Shown piece after piece: positions 13,930 to 29,300 of a DNA stretch of 64,000 nt. This DNA is from Octopus vulgaris (Eukaryota), in the NCBI GenBank assembly GCA_951406725.2, contig OX597828.1:66960001-67024000 (forward strand). Direction: 5' to 3'. A program made the position numbers and the translations under genes. The notes under the pieces were generated by a model. That model saw only the letters and a program-made list of their open reading frames with translations, did no database searches and was not told where the DNA came from. How positions within the stretch are numbered: the stretch's first letter is position 1; the number at the start of each line of letters is the position of its first letter.

Positions 13930-14210
13930 AGAAATATGAAGGTTGTGGTCAATGAGGATAGTAGACGTGATACCAGTAGTAATTAGTGCACGTGGAAGTT
14001 TCAGCACTCAACTACCAGCATGGCTGAAAAAGATTGGTGCGAGTGTGAAGGTAGAACACCTAAAAAAATCAGCATTGCTTGGAACTGCAAGAATTCTTCG
14101 CAGGGTTCTTGAAGCATGACCAGTAAACAAGTGTCACGTTAGTCTGCTGGCTGTGGACAGCTGACACTTTCCATCATACCCAGCAAAATAAGCTGTGAGT
14201 TTTCATCACA
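13930..14210 (+). mobile_element. R4/Dong-like LINE C-terminus and short 3' UTR
   Basis: EI*RLWSMRIVDVIPVVISARG...KSALLGTARILRRVLEA*, a typical R4-clade C-terminus. Confidence 0.8.
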
Positions 14211-14231
14211 TAGTAGTAGTAGTAGTAGTAG

Positions 14232-14305
<74 letters not shown>

Positions 14306-14324
14306 ATAATAATAATGATTTCAA

Positions 14325-14688
14325 ATTTTTTGTCACAAGGGCAGTTTGGGGGGAGAAGATTAGGTCGAATACACCGACTCCAGTGTTTCACTAGCATTTA
14401 ATTTATCGACCCTGAAAAGATGAAAGGCAAAGTCAACCTCGGCGGAATTTGAACTCAGAACGTAACGGCAGACGAAATACCGCTAAGCATTTCGCCGGGG
14501 GTGCTAACGATCCTGCCAACTGGGGTAAGGGGACTAGTTGATTACATCGCCCCGGTACTCAGCTCTTACTTATTTTATCGACCCCGAAAGGTTAAAAGGC
14601 AAAGTCGACTTCGGTGGAAATTGAACTCAGAATGTGAAGACAGACGAAATGCCGCTAAGCATTTTGCCTGGCGTGCCTACGAATCTGC
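14325..14688 (-). mobile_element. Two tandem SINE family B copies
   Basis: Two successive AAAGGCAAAGTC-ACCTCGGCGGAATTTGAACTCAGAA cores. Confidence 0.85.
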
Positions 14689-14691
14689 CTT

Positions 14692-14729
<38 letters not shown>

Positions 14730-15228
14730 CGACGACGACGACGACGACGACAACGACGACGACGATGATGACGATGATAACACATAATATAAATAAAATG
14801 TGAAATGTGTTGGTGAGTGGCTTTTGGCCCAACCTGTATTCTGCACTGTTAGAGAATAGGAATAGATCTCTATCAATCCGGATGACAATCGTTTATTCGA
14901 CAAAACATGCATACAAGAAAAATCTGTACTTTTAAAGTCATAAAAATAATGCCACAACAATACAACGTAAGAAGACTGTCCAAATACGGCTGATATTTAA
15001 TCCAAAGATAATCAGATAAATGCAACATCGGCGAACAGAGTCCCTGGAGATCAGAATTAATAAGCAAATAGATAAAATCACTGTCTCGATGCACTTTCAC
15101 AAGTATATACATATATACATACTTGCACGTCTACATACACACACACACGCAGACATACACACACACACAGAGACATACACACACACAGAGACATACACAC
15201 ACGTTTATATACACATGCATGCATACTG

Positions 15229-15260
<32 letters not shown>

Positions 15261-15779
15261 TTGACTACGTTTGTGTGTATGTGTGTATGTGTGTCTGTCT
15301 TCTCTTCCTCTCCTCGCTTTTGTAGCTATCGTCTAATCCTCCGCAGCCCCCATCGTGCTGAATTCCTCTGTTTAACTCTTTTAAGCCCTTTTCCCATTCT
15401 GAGACGAACAGAACTTATGATAGTAAAACACGAGTCTTTTCTGTATCGACTCCTTTGCCTTTCATTTCCCCTTCCCTGCCTGCCTCCATTTCTCTCTCTT
15501 TCTACTTCTTTTTCCTTCTCCCATACAACTATCTATTTTTCTCTCCTCTCTCTGTCTCTCTGTCTCTCTCTTGTTGAAACTGCTCCTGATAATGTCACTA
15601 CGCATTTAGTTAGAAATTGATTTTAATTAGTTTAAACAAGAAGCAAAATGTTGTAAATGCAAGTTCAGATTTCGGTCATAACCACAAGTAATCTCTTTTA
15701 CTCTACAATTTATCAAAAAAGATTGTTTCTATCACAAATGAATGCCACGAGAAAATAGGACTTGTCACATGAGAACATA

Positions 15780-16080
15780 TTGATCTGGTTTACAAATAAT
15801 ATTCACTTCATCATATCTGCTGAGCTCTCAGACTCCTGCTGGGTGAGAGAACTCTTCAGTATTATTAAAACCAGATGGTTCATGGTCCCTGAGGTACTCT
15901 AAAGTTGTATCATCAGGTTCCAGAAACAATTGAGACAAGGAGAGAAAAGTGCCACGTTGGAAACCAATTTGGCGTAAGTTTTTCAGTATCACTGGAAGAG
16001 AATGTTTATTGTACGCCAGTCAACAGACATTCTCCTTTATGCACTCCTCTCCATTAAGTGTGAGGTTCAATTCATTTCAA
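15780..16080 (-). mobile_element. Highly decayed LINE RT remnant (L1/Tx1-like)
   Basis: DWRTINILFQ*Y*KTYAKLVSN resembles NWRPITLLNxDYKIxAK. An RVPQG-like motif lies downstream in another frame. Confidence 0.35.
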
Positions 16081-16214
16081 GATCTTCGAATAGTCCACGT
16101 TGAAGTATGTAGAGATAGGTCTTACGTTAGTTTCAAATTTTGGTACAAGGCCAGCAGTTTTCGGGGGTATAGCACATGTCCCCATCCTACTATTGTTCTC
16201 AATGCCAGAATATC

Positions 16215-16598
16215 CTTTTTTACTCTAGGCACAATGCCTGAAATTTTGGGGGAGTGGACCAGTGGATTAGATCGACCCCAGTACGCAAATGGTAATTAAT
16301 TTATCGACCCCGTAAGGATGAAAGGCAAAGTCGACCTCAGCGAAATTTGAGCTCAGAACATAAAAACAGATGAAATACCTATTTCTTTACTACCCACAAG
16401 GGGCTAAACACAGAAGGGACAAACAAGGACAGACACACGGATTAAGTCGATTACATCGATCCCAGTGCGTAACTGGTACTTAATTTATCGATCCCGAAAG
16501 GATGAAAGGTAAAGTCGACCTCGGCGGAATTTGAACTCAGAACGTAATGCCAGACGAAATACGGCTACGCACTTTAACGTTTCTGCCAGCTCGCCGCC
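16215..16598 (-). mobile_element. SINE family B dimer
   Basis: Head GGCGGCGAGCTGGCAGAAACG at 16598. AAGAAATAGG|TATTTC junction near 16380. Confidence 0.9.
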
Positions 16599-16874
16599 TA
16601 CTTAGTATGAATAAATACCGTGATGATGCTATTGTTTATGTCAGTAATACTTCCATGGATATTATCCTCGGTGGACGTGCACACTGAATTCCTCATTCGC
16701 CATTATCCCATTTAATCCTACCAAGACTTTTCACCAGAAGAACTGAAGTCAGCATAAAACCCAAGATACGAACACACCTACCTACCTACCTACCTACCTA
16801 CCTACCTACCTACCTACCTACCTACCTACCTACCTACCTACATACATACATACATACATACATACATACATACA

Positions 16875-17198
16875 TGATGGCTTACGCCTCGTTATCGAGT
16901 ATGGCCATTGCACGAAGCTTAACTGTTATCAGTGCTGTGATCGAATGTGACTTTTTAGCCCAGCTAAAGATCTACAATGTCATGTACAGAATTAGCAGCT
17001 AAAACCTTTACCGGTAAATAGCCGGTTGTAGTTGTAACTGGGCTTCGTGTACCTTTGCATGTCGTTTAAGTCCTCCTGCCGAATTACACTCTCTTCCACA
17101 TGCCCGACAGATATGATTAGTATGGTGTGTAAACACCACCACCAGTGGCCAGGTTGTCACTCATCTGTCTCGCTTTATGACTAAGAAAATGACTCTTG
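16875..17198 (-). mobile_element. RTE-like LINE 3' end with tandem C2H2 zinc fingers and (ATGT)n tail
   Basis: Minus translation HICRACGRECNSAGGLKRHAKVH...FSC*FCT*HCRSLAGLKSHIRSQH*, then a short UTR ATGGCCATACTCGATAACGAGG running into (ATGT)n. Confidence 0.7.
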
Positions 17199-17219
17199 AT
17201 ACATACATACATACATACA

Positions 17220-17250
<31 letters not shown>

Positions 17251-17529
17251 GTACATACATACATGTATACATACATACATACATTACACACATACACACA
17301 CATACATACATACATACGTACATACATACATACATATATACATACATACGTACATACATACATGCATACATACATGATGCATACATACATACATGCATGC
17401 ATGCATACATACATACATACATACGTACATACGTACATACATACATACATACATACGTACATACATACATACATACGTACATACGTACATACATACATAC
17501 ATGCATACATAATTACATACATGCATACA

Positions 17530-17563
<34 letters not shown>

Positions 17564-17577
17564 CATACATACGTACA

Positions 17578-17608
<31 letters not shown>

Positions 17609-17895
17609 GTACATACATACATGCATACATACATACATACATACATTACACACATACACACATACATACATACATACGTACATACATACATACATATATA
17701 CATACATACGTACATACATACATGCATACATACATGATGCATACATACATACATGCATGCATGCATACATACATACATACATACGTACATACATACATAC
17801 ATACATACATACATACATACATACATACATACATACATACATACATACATACATACATACATACATACATACATACATACATACATACATGCATG
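17198..17895. repeat. (TACA)n array with a 360-bp internal duplication
   Basis: The 60-nt stretches starting at 17341 and 17701 are identical, including variant units. Confidence 0.95.
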
Positions 17896-18066
17896 TACAA
17901 ATGAACATGTTTATCCGGACGCATAGAAAAGCATAATTACGGAATAGAAAAAAATTACTTCATAAATACGTTTTTGTTCTCTAATTTCTGTTTATCAACA
18001 TTATGATTAACTCTTAATTGGGAACGCGCACATTCACAGTGTTGTGAGTGTGTGTACGTGTGTGTA

Positions 18067-18105
<39 letters not shown>

Positions 18106-18652
18106 AAGTATGTGTGTATGTGTGTGTAAGTGTGACGTTATAAGTGCGTCTTCCCTAACGTGTGTGAGTGTATGTGGTGGCTGTGTGGTTGATTGTGTAA
18201 GATGGCAGAACTACAATGCTGATAATGCACTTTAATAAACAGCTTATTGTCTAACACTTCTTAGATTATGTACGTGAGAGAGTAAGAGAGAGAGAGAGAG
18301 AGAGAGAGGAGGAAGCAGAGAGTAGGAGAGAGATAGGAGAAGAGAGAGAGAGAGAAAGAGAGAGAGAGAACGAAGGAAGTGAGAAAGGGGATGAGGAATC
18401 GAAAGAGGGACTCGTAAAAGGAGAGAGATTGGGAAAATGAAAGAGCGTGTCAGAAAGAATTAGTCGGGGATGGATCTGATAAATTCAGACGGACTATCCA
18501 CAGCATCAAATATATTTCATCCCTGATGTTCTCTATATAGCTAACCAGGTGACTGTCAGCATTCCCTTGGACACGTCTCTACATCCATAACGACAAATCC
18601 ATAGCTACAAATCTCCCAAAAGTTGTTTTGAAGCAGATATTATTATTATTAA

Positions 18653-18747
<95 letters not shown>

Positions 18748-18800
18748 CTTAAATCCTTAAAAATGTTTTAGCCCGAAGGCCGCGGCCATGCTGAGGCACC

Positions 18801-18863
<63 letters not shown>

Positions 18864-18864
18864 T

Positions 18865-19285
18865 TCTTTAAGGGTTTACATTAAGAAAGACATTATGAAC
18901 AGTACAGGACAAAAACAAAGTGTGTGTGAGTGTGTGTTGTGAGGGTTTTGCGTGTAAACAAGACTAACAAAATCATAAAAGAAGAAAGAAAAAAAAGGGA
19001 TCAACAATGTGTAATCCTCAAAAGAGAGATGTTCGAGGCCTGCTCATGGAAAAACCTCTTAAAAAACCATGGGTACTCTGACTTTTGGGGCAGGTGTCTT
19101 TTTTACTTACATTTTTTTTCCAACTCCAGGCGTATGCTCAGAGCAGGCCCTTTCACTCGCACCATTCTCTCCACTTTTATCTTCCAAGGAAACTCTTGTG
19201 ATAGCCTCGATCCCACTTTCTTTAGTCCTATGCAAAACCAACGTGCACTACGAGATGAAAAAGAATGGAACTCGTCTCAACCACT
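18865..19285 (-). mobile_element. 3' UTR of the L1/Tx1-like family, abutting (AAT)n
   Basis: CTGCTCATGGAAAAACC..CCATGGGTACTCTGACTTTTGGGGCAGGTG is shared with 5724-5785. Confidence 0.65.
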
Positions 19286-20136
19286 TTCTCTTCATTCGTT
19301 TAATTTACTTTTATTTATTTTATTCATTTGTTTTTATCTAATTATTTTTACTTTCTTTTTTGTATTTTTTGTGAGTGAGTGTGTGTGCTAGTGTTGCATT
19401 CTGGTTTTAGGCTAGGTTTTATCTTCTTTTATGTGTGTAGCCTCCGTAATTTGTCTAAACGTTGCGTCCGTTCTATGTGTGGACAAGATTTTAACTTCTA
19501 TGTTGTTGAGTGAGCCCCGTGTTCCCGCTCGGCGTGCTGGTATAGAATCAATGAGCTCTTCTCTTCCTTAACTTCCCTCCAACGCTCATTTACCCGCTCT
19601 CCTATGCTCCATGCTGTTTCCCCTACACACGTCGTTGTCTTGTTTCTGTATCGTCGCTCTGTACATCTTATACTGTAGACTGCATTGCTAGCTATACAGT
19701 TTGTTTGTGGACTAAATCTACATACAACATAGTTCTTATCACTACAGGGGGTTCTATTAAAGCGGTAGATTCTACCGATTAGGGATCTTATAGGGTTACC
19801 TGGTCTTTCTACAACCTTAATTCTTAGCTTAAGCTTAAATAATTATATACATAAACAAAATATAGTAAATTAAATTAACTGAAATTCATACAAAGAAAGA
19901 TAGAAATGAAAAAGTAAGTAGATAAAAACAAATGAACAAAATAAATAAGAGTAAATTAAACGAATGTGAATGAACAGGGGATTCTGATAATGCAGGTACC
20001 ACACACATTCCCACAGACACGCTTACTAAACACACACAGGGATATACGCATGCGCAAATAAAGAAACATACAACAGGAATACAAAATGGCAGATCGTTTG
20101 GAAGGAGAGGCTCAAAAAAGAAAGAAGAAAGCAAAT

Positions 20137-20178
20137 GACTACTGATGAGGTCACAAGTGTGACGAAAGAACTGTGGCC
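20137..20178 (+). ncRNA. Hammerhead-ribozyme-like motif (type I), probably inactive
   Basis: CTGATGA-G-GTCAC(AAGT)GTGAC-GAAA-G(AA)C-TG. Weak helix I GACTA/TGGCC. Position 17 is G. Confidence 0.45.
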
Positions 20179-20278
20179 AAAACACAATTAATATAAAATA
20201 AAACTGAAGCAAGTGAACACCAAATATATAGTGCGTGTGTTTTTATTGGCTAAACTGGCAACATGGCCGTCCTCAAAT

Positions 20279-20356
<78 letters not shown>

Positions 20357-20411
20357 TGAAACTCCGAGTAACAGCTTTTGTTATATTTCTGCTGCTTTTA
20401 AATAAAGTATA

Positions 20412-20443
<32 letters not shown>

Positions 20444-21229
20444 CACACACACACACGTACATATACATATGCTTATACACACACGCGCGCACACAAATAT
20501 ATACATATAAATATATACACACATCCATATATATATATATACATACACATACATACACACACGCACACACACACACACACACACACGTACATACACATAC
20601 ACGTGTCTATGTGTTTGTGTATGTAATATTTTTTCCTTTCTAAATCGCATTTTATTTTGCAGTTTTCTAAACTTTTATTTTTCATTAAAAATTTACTTTA
20701 AAACAGATTTGAATTCGAGGAAGTCGTGAAGATGGTGGTGGTGGTGGTAGAGGTGGTGGTGGTGTTGTAGGTGGTGGTGGTGGCGGTGGTGGTGGCGGTG
20801 GTGGAATATTTTACAGTGATTAAATGATTTCCTCTGAAAAACTGATCTCTCGTCCCGTTTGTTTGTTTTTTAACTCCTTTTTTTCCCCTGCTATTCATTA
20901 ATTAACCAATTAAACTAATTAACTTCCATCTATTTATTTGTTGTACATGTTACCTTGCAGTTTCCTACTATTAAGAGACTGAATAACTAAACAAGCTTCT
21001 CTCATTAATGATTAAAGAAAGGTTGAGACACAATGAAAAGAAATGAAATTTCTAACCAAAAGTGTTCAATTATTTGCCTTCCCCAAAACCATTAAACCTA
21101 CTCCAGAACCATCATTTCCTCTTTCTCTGCATCATCCTCGTGGTCATGATCATGATGATGATGATCATCGTATTCATCGTTATCCCATACCCCCCCCCCC
21201 CCACCGCCACCAATACCACCACCACCACC

Positions 21230-21261
<32 letters not shown>

Positions 21262-21479
21262 CCACCACGATATCATCATCATCATCATCATCATCTACTT
21301 TCTTTCTTCCGACCTCCTCAAAGCCGACAGTCGGCTTTGAGCATATGGAATGGTATTTAATTCTGTTTACTACCTCACTATTGCAGAAATTGGTGTTCAT
21401 ATTAAATTGCGTGTATTAAAAACTGTGTGAATTATTCATACACACACATGCACATACATACGTACATTCAAGTATACCC

Positions 21480-24200
<2,721 letters not shown>

Positions 24201-26289
24201 CCTGTTGGCATGTCTGTCTGTGTGTCTGCCTATCTGTTCATCGACGATTTTCCTCTACCGCCACTCGGCCCTTCTTTACTCCAGGTCCTTGCAGTAACTG
24301 GGAAGGTTCATTGCCCCTCAGTGATCACTTAGATTTCGCAAAGTGAATACAATTAACTCGTATTGAACTGTATCTTAAATGGAGTAACTGCCACATACAC
24401 GCATACACACGCATGGACATATATGTACTTATGTACGTTCATATGAATGTGTCTCTATGTAATCTATGTAACACACAAACCCTCTCTCACACAAACACTC
24501 ACTCATATACGCACATATATACGTATATACACATAAATATGTGTGTGTATATATATGTATATTTATATATACATTCATATGTGTGTGTGAGCGCGTGTAT
24601 GTGTGTAAGAGAGAAAAAGATGTACAAATGTTAAATTTTGAGAAATAATTTGAGAATATAATTTCAAAAGAAGTAAATAATGACATCCTTAATTAATTTT
24701 GTATTGATTTTTAGTAAATAATTTCCCAGGTATGTAAATGTATTTCCATGTCAATAGAGATATATCATAACTGATATGGTTCAATCTAAATTTAGTTGTT
24801 GAAACCAGAGAAGATAGGCGCTTTTAAGTCAGCGAAAGAGACATAGATTGAGTGCTATGTCGATGGATATAACAAAGGAAAAAGGTAAAAGTGCATATAC
24901 GCCATTCGTTTTAGTTTTGTTTGCTGAAGGCGATTTTGAAACGTTTTTGACCGATTTCAGCCTTTTTTATGTTTTTATGACGGTTCCCTACAATCACATT
25001 TTGTGCTACTGTCCGCATTGCAACCTTCCTGGAATCAGTTCGGTCTGAGACACCAGTTCAAATTATGCCATCTCAAATTCATTTTCATTCCTCCTTAATC
25101 TGATTCAGTTGGAACTCTTCTCAGTTTCTCCTGCTTTTGCCTCAAGAGCTCTGGTTCTATTTCTCCAGAAATTGACGAACGTTTCATGAGATCATAGGCA
25201 AAGCGGACGGTTGTATACATGCGATGGTAAGTTATGCATTTAGTAGTAAGTTATACTGTTTTGCTGCGATAATGTGGATGTTTTTCCAGGTGAAACAACT
25301 GTAAGAAGTTACCTAAACGTTCTTCACAAAGAGGTAGGACTTTGTATCTTGTGTTACTTTTCCCCGTTTGGAAGAAAAAAAACTCAGAAAGATAAATTTT
25401 TCCTTATTCCTAAATTAAGGACGTGTCTTCTAGAAACATCCAGCTTAGCAGGAACGAAATCAAATGCGTTTTTATGAAAAAGAACAAACAAATAGACAAA
25501 TCGACTAAATAGTGTGTGCATTTATAGGCAATGTGATCGTCCTCAAATATAATAATAGTGATTTCTCTAACAGAAAAGCAACAACATTATTTTGAACAAT
25601 TCCACTGACGCAAGTATTAGTAGTACCACACGTGCAGCAATTGGGGAAAAAAGCTGGGAGGTCCAAACAGACAGAAGAAAAAGCCTCCCTACAACAACAT
25701 ACCAACACCATCTCCAACAACACCAATAATACCAACACCATCAACCAGAAAAGAGTCAAAATGATTCAGAAAAAACTGAGGACCAGTTATAAAAGCAAAC
25801 CGAGCTTGTGCATCATATCCCTGCCCACAAACTTGTGTCACTGTAAGGATATCGAAGATGACGTTGCCATTTGGTTTGCTTCCACGTTTTGCGGTGTTTT
25901 TTTCTGTTGTTCTTGCGGTCTCTGCTGCAGGTTTCGGTGTTGTAGTTGGTGTCATTGTTGCTGTTGTGACTGTATGCAGCCGATTATGTTGCTTCAGTTT
26001 TTCCTGTTGCAGTTGTTGCTGCTGTGATGATGGTATTGGCAGAGGTGGTGGTGGGGGTATTGCTTCTTTTGTTGTTGACAGAATATTTTGAGATGGTTTT
26101 CGTCATCACATAGGCGACATCTTAGCTCTCTGCTCTCAACAGCGACATACAGTTGTGAGCCGTCTGTCAAACTCATTAGATCCAGGATAACTTCCATGCT
26201 TTGGTGATCCGTTTGGATCAGTAGATGCATTCCCTGGCTCGACCAATTTTGTTTCTACAGCACCACATTTAAGAAACAAGGAGAGTAAA

Positions 26290-27155
26290 CAATTGGGAAG
26301 TGAAATCATTGCATGGGCAACACCTCAGAAATCGAAGAGAAAGACAAGATCAACACTTCGGGATGGCTACGAAAATGGGTTCTGAAAGGATGCACTGAAG
26401 CATTGATATGTAGTGTTCAAGAACAACTCTGAGAACTAATTAAACCAAGTTTCACATAGATGAAAGTAGCGAATCATTCCTTTCTAGGATGTGTGGCAGC
26501 AGAAATGAAACAATCTCACATATCGTGGGCGAGTGAAGCAAGCTAGCCCAAAAGCACTACAAAAGGAGGTACGATAACGTGGCTTGGTCTGCCCACTGGA
26601 GGCTATGTGAAAAGTAGGGGTCACCGGGAACAAGGAATATAAGATGCTATGGGATTTTACAATCCAATGTGACTCCCTAATCGATGCATCGAGACCAGAT
26701 ATTGTTGTGGTAGATAAAGAAAAAAAAAAGGAAACTAGGATTATAGATATTGCAATACCTGGGGATGCACTCATAAGTGACAAAGAACTAGAAAAGATTG
26801 GGAAATACAGACTACTAAGAGACGATATTGCAAGACTGTGGACCACGAGGAGAGAGTCTGTCACTCCAGTTGTTGTAGGGACACTCAGAGCACTAACAAC
26901 CAAATTCGAGAAATAAGTCAGAGCAATCGGAACTGACACGAAAGCAGAGCAAACCCCCCAAACTGTTCTGTTGGAGACAGCTAGGATTTTGAGATTGGTA
27001 CTTGGATGTTGAATGTCTCCCAAGATAATTACCAATCAAGTATCAAAGCTTATAATGTGCGGAAAGACACCCTGGGAGTCCTCTGACAACAGGCTGCTGT
27101 CCACTGTCAAAGAATCTGCTGGAACAAACAAGACAGAGCGTTCTTAGAAGTAAAA
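26290..27155 (+). mobile_element. R4/Dong-like LINE 3' part (REL domain), degenerate
   Basis: ORF 26644-26916 MLWDFTIQCD..RPDIVVVDKEKK..IIDIAIPGD..KELEKIGKY, then LLETARILRLVL and an AATAATGATAAT tail. Confidence 0.88.
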
Positions 27156-27167
27156 GAATAATGATAA

Positions 27168-27366
27168 TCCTTTCTACAAGAGGCACAAGACCTGAAATTT
27201 TGTGGGGTATGGGGCTAGTCGATTACACCGACCCCAGTGTTCAACTGGCACTTATTTCATCAACCCCGAAAGTGTGAAAGGCTTAGTCAACGCCGGCAGA
27301 ATTTGAACTCAGAGCGTAAAGACGAACGAAATGATGCTCAGCATGGATTGCTAACGATTCTGCCAG
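27168..27366 (-). mobile_element. SINE family B (diverged)
   Basis: Family B core on the minus strand. Head-to-head with the next copy across (TAT)n. Confidence 0.8.
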
Positions 27367-27402
27367 ATCATATTATTATTATTATTATTTTTATTATTAT
27401 AA

Positions 27403-27613
27403 AGGCGCCGAGCCGGCAGAACCGTTAGCACTCTGGGCGAAATGCTTAGCGGTATTTCGTCTACCGCTACATTCTGAATTGAAATTCCGCCGATGTCGAC
27501 TTTGCCTTTCATCCTTTCGAGGTCGATTAAATAAGTACCAGTTACGTACTGGGTGTCGATGTAATCGACTTAATCCCTTCCCCTAAATTTGAGGTCTTGT
27601 GCTTCCAATAGAA

Positions 27614-27614
<1 letters not shown>
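27403..27614 (+). mobile_element. SINE family B, full length with (TTA)n tail
   Basis: GGCGCCGAGCCGGCAGAACCGTTAGCAC...ATAGAAA(TTA)n. Confidence 0.9.
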
Positions 27615-27664
<50 letters not shown>

Positions 27665-29300
27665 GAGTGAGAGCGCAGTGCATGCCATCAAAGTGACACT
27701 GGGGTAAAATATACGAATTCCAGTATACCCATCATGACTACCCGTCTGATAAGGGTACACAAGATACATGCATCACAACCATATGTGCGCAACATGGTGA
27801 TCTCATATCAAGATAAACAGCGCATGACCTTGCAGGTGGGGACCAGTTAGAATTTTCTCCGGGTCGAGGAGTTCATCCTGCTCAAAAGGTCCATGAATAA
27901 AGATTGTTTAAGGATGTTGAACGAAACAGCCATGTTTCCAAAGGTGAATTATCCAAACCTTCTTCTTTTGATAGTACAGACTTTACAGTAACTGGCGTTT
28001 CCCCTATCTTCCTGTAAAAAGTTTTGGGGTTATTTTTGAACATGTTGTTGTCCTTGAAGAATCTAACACGCTCTTCATACCTCGCTATGCCCGCAGCTTT
28101 AGCAGATAGCTTTTGCTTGATGGTTTCTATGGTGGCATCAATATCAAGTATAGTTTTCACATTATAGTCTTTCTTTAATTTTCGGGTTTTTGTAGGTTTG
28201 GTAGCCTTGTCAAACTTAAGGTTTTTCAAACATTCAATGTCAGACCAAAGTAGTTTAATTTGTTGTTGGATACCATCTTGCCAAGAAGGCTTTTTGTGGA
28301 AATGTTGCCATTAGCCCAATGTTAGCCCAATATCCTTAAGTGCAAGGCGGATTTTACCAATTATTTTCAGGATCTGGTAAGAATTGCGAATTTTGGGGAG
28401 AGTATCGCATTCATCACACTAGTTTCTTTAATTTTCAGCCATTCAATCATGATTCGATGTTTTAGATCCTGTAGTTCTGTTGGGTCAATTTCTGTGTGCC
28501 TTTCTTCATCTATTTGTCTTAGTGTTTATGATTGGTTCAGAGAGTATTTCACTTTGCCTATCAATTATACTAACTCTTTCAATCCTTACTGCGTTTTTAT
28601 CAGCCCTGGGATGGTCTATAATTAGTTACTCTGTATTATCTCTTTTAGCTGCAGCTTCGTTCTTTTTATCCTTTAGTGCTTGTTTGATTTGGTCAATCTC
28701 TACTTCAGTCAGTAATTTTTTTTATAATGTTTCTTCTGACGTTGGCAAGTTTGTTACTGTCTATGTAGGGTCTTACTTCAGGGTGTTTCTGTCTCCAGTT
28801 TAAGTAGGTTTGTACAGTATTAGATTTATCTGTGGGGAAATATATGGCATGGTAGAAGGCCGTAAGAACTTCTTTATTATCTTTCCTAGACCATTTTTCA
28901 TTCTTTTTCTTTTGGTTATTTGATGACCGGCATGGATGGCCATCTGTTGGAATATTCCGGTTGTGGGGTACGTCCAGCTCCTGTGTGTTGGGAAGATTTG
29001 AACCAGTAGCTGATTTTTCAATCTGAATCTGGTTCAACATTCAGGTATGTGGTCTTTTGTAATCCGATCGATGACCATTGCGGTTTGTAATTTGTTTTGT
29101 TAACAGTGAGGCAAGACGAGCTTCGACGCTTATATTAGGAGACGGATCTGTCAGTTTAGGGTTAATTTTTTGCGACAACACCGTCTCCGTGTTCTCTGCA
29201 TGTAAACATTGTTCGTAGCGTAGCTTCTTAAGGTTAGCAGATCTGTATTTTTTTGTTGATAGATTTATCTCCGAACATAGTTTATTTTGTGGTGTTTTTT
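27665..29300 (-). mobile_element. R4/Dong-like element: 5' coding region joined to the (AAT)n-tailed 3' module
   Basis: KWSRKDNKEVLTAFYHA..WRQKHPE..KLANVRRNIIKK and IETIKQKLSAKAAGIARYEER..FKNNPKTFYR resemble the R4-clade N-terminal region. 27665-27959 is the 550-bp module. The 5' boundary is approximate. Confidence 0.75.

Larger units (their letters stand above)
12946..14836. mobile_element. Tc1-type TIR pair bracketing nested insertions
   Basis: TA|CAGGGTGGGCCAAGAATTACGCAC at the left and GTGAGTGGCTTTTGGCCCAACCTG|TA at the right are imperfect inverted repeats with TA flanks. Confidence 0.6.

Noticed and set aside
15780-16075. Minus frame with few stops resembling an NLR winged-helix (FSH motif)
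   Set aside because: Similarity is superficial with internal stops. An RT-like motif in another frame explains the region better.
24840-26270. Possible exons in unique-looking DNA (also 18440-18640, 36130-36340, 58430-58850)
   Set aside because: No consistent splice or ORF structure. Faint LINE-like residues suggest old relics, but they are too degraded to annotate.
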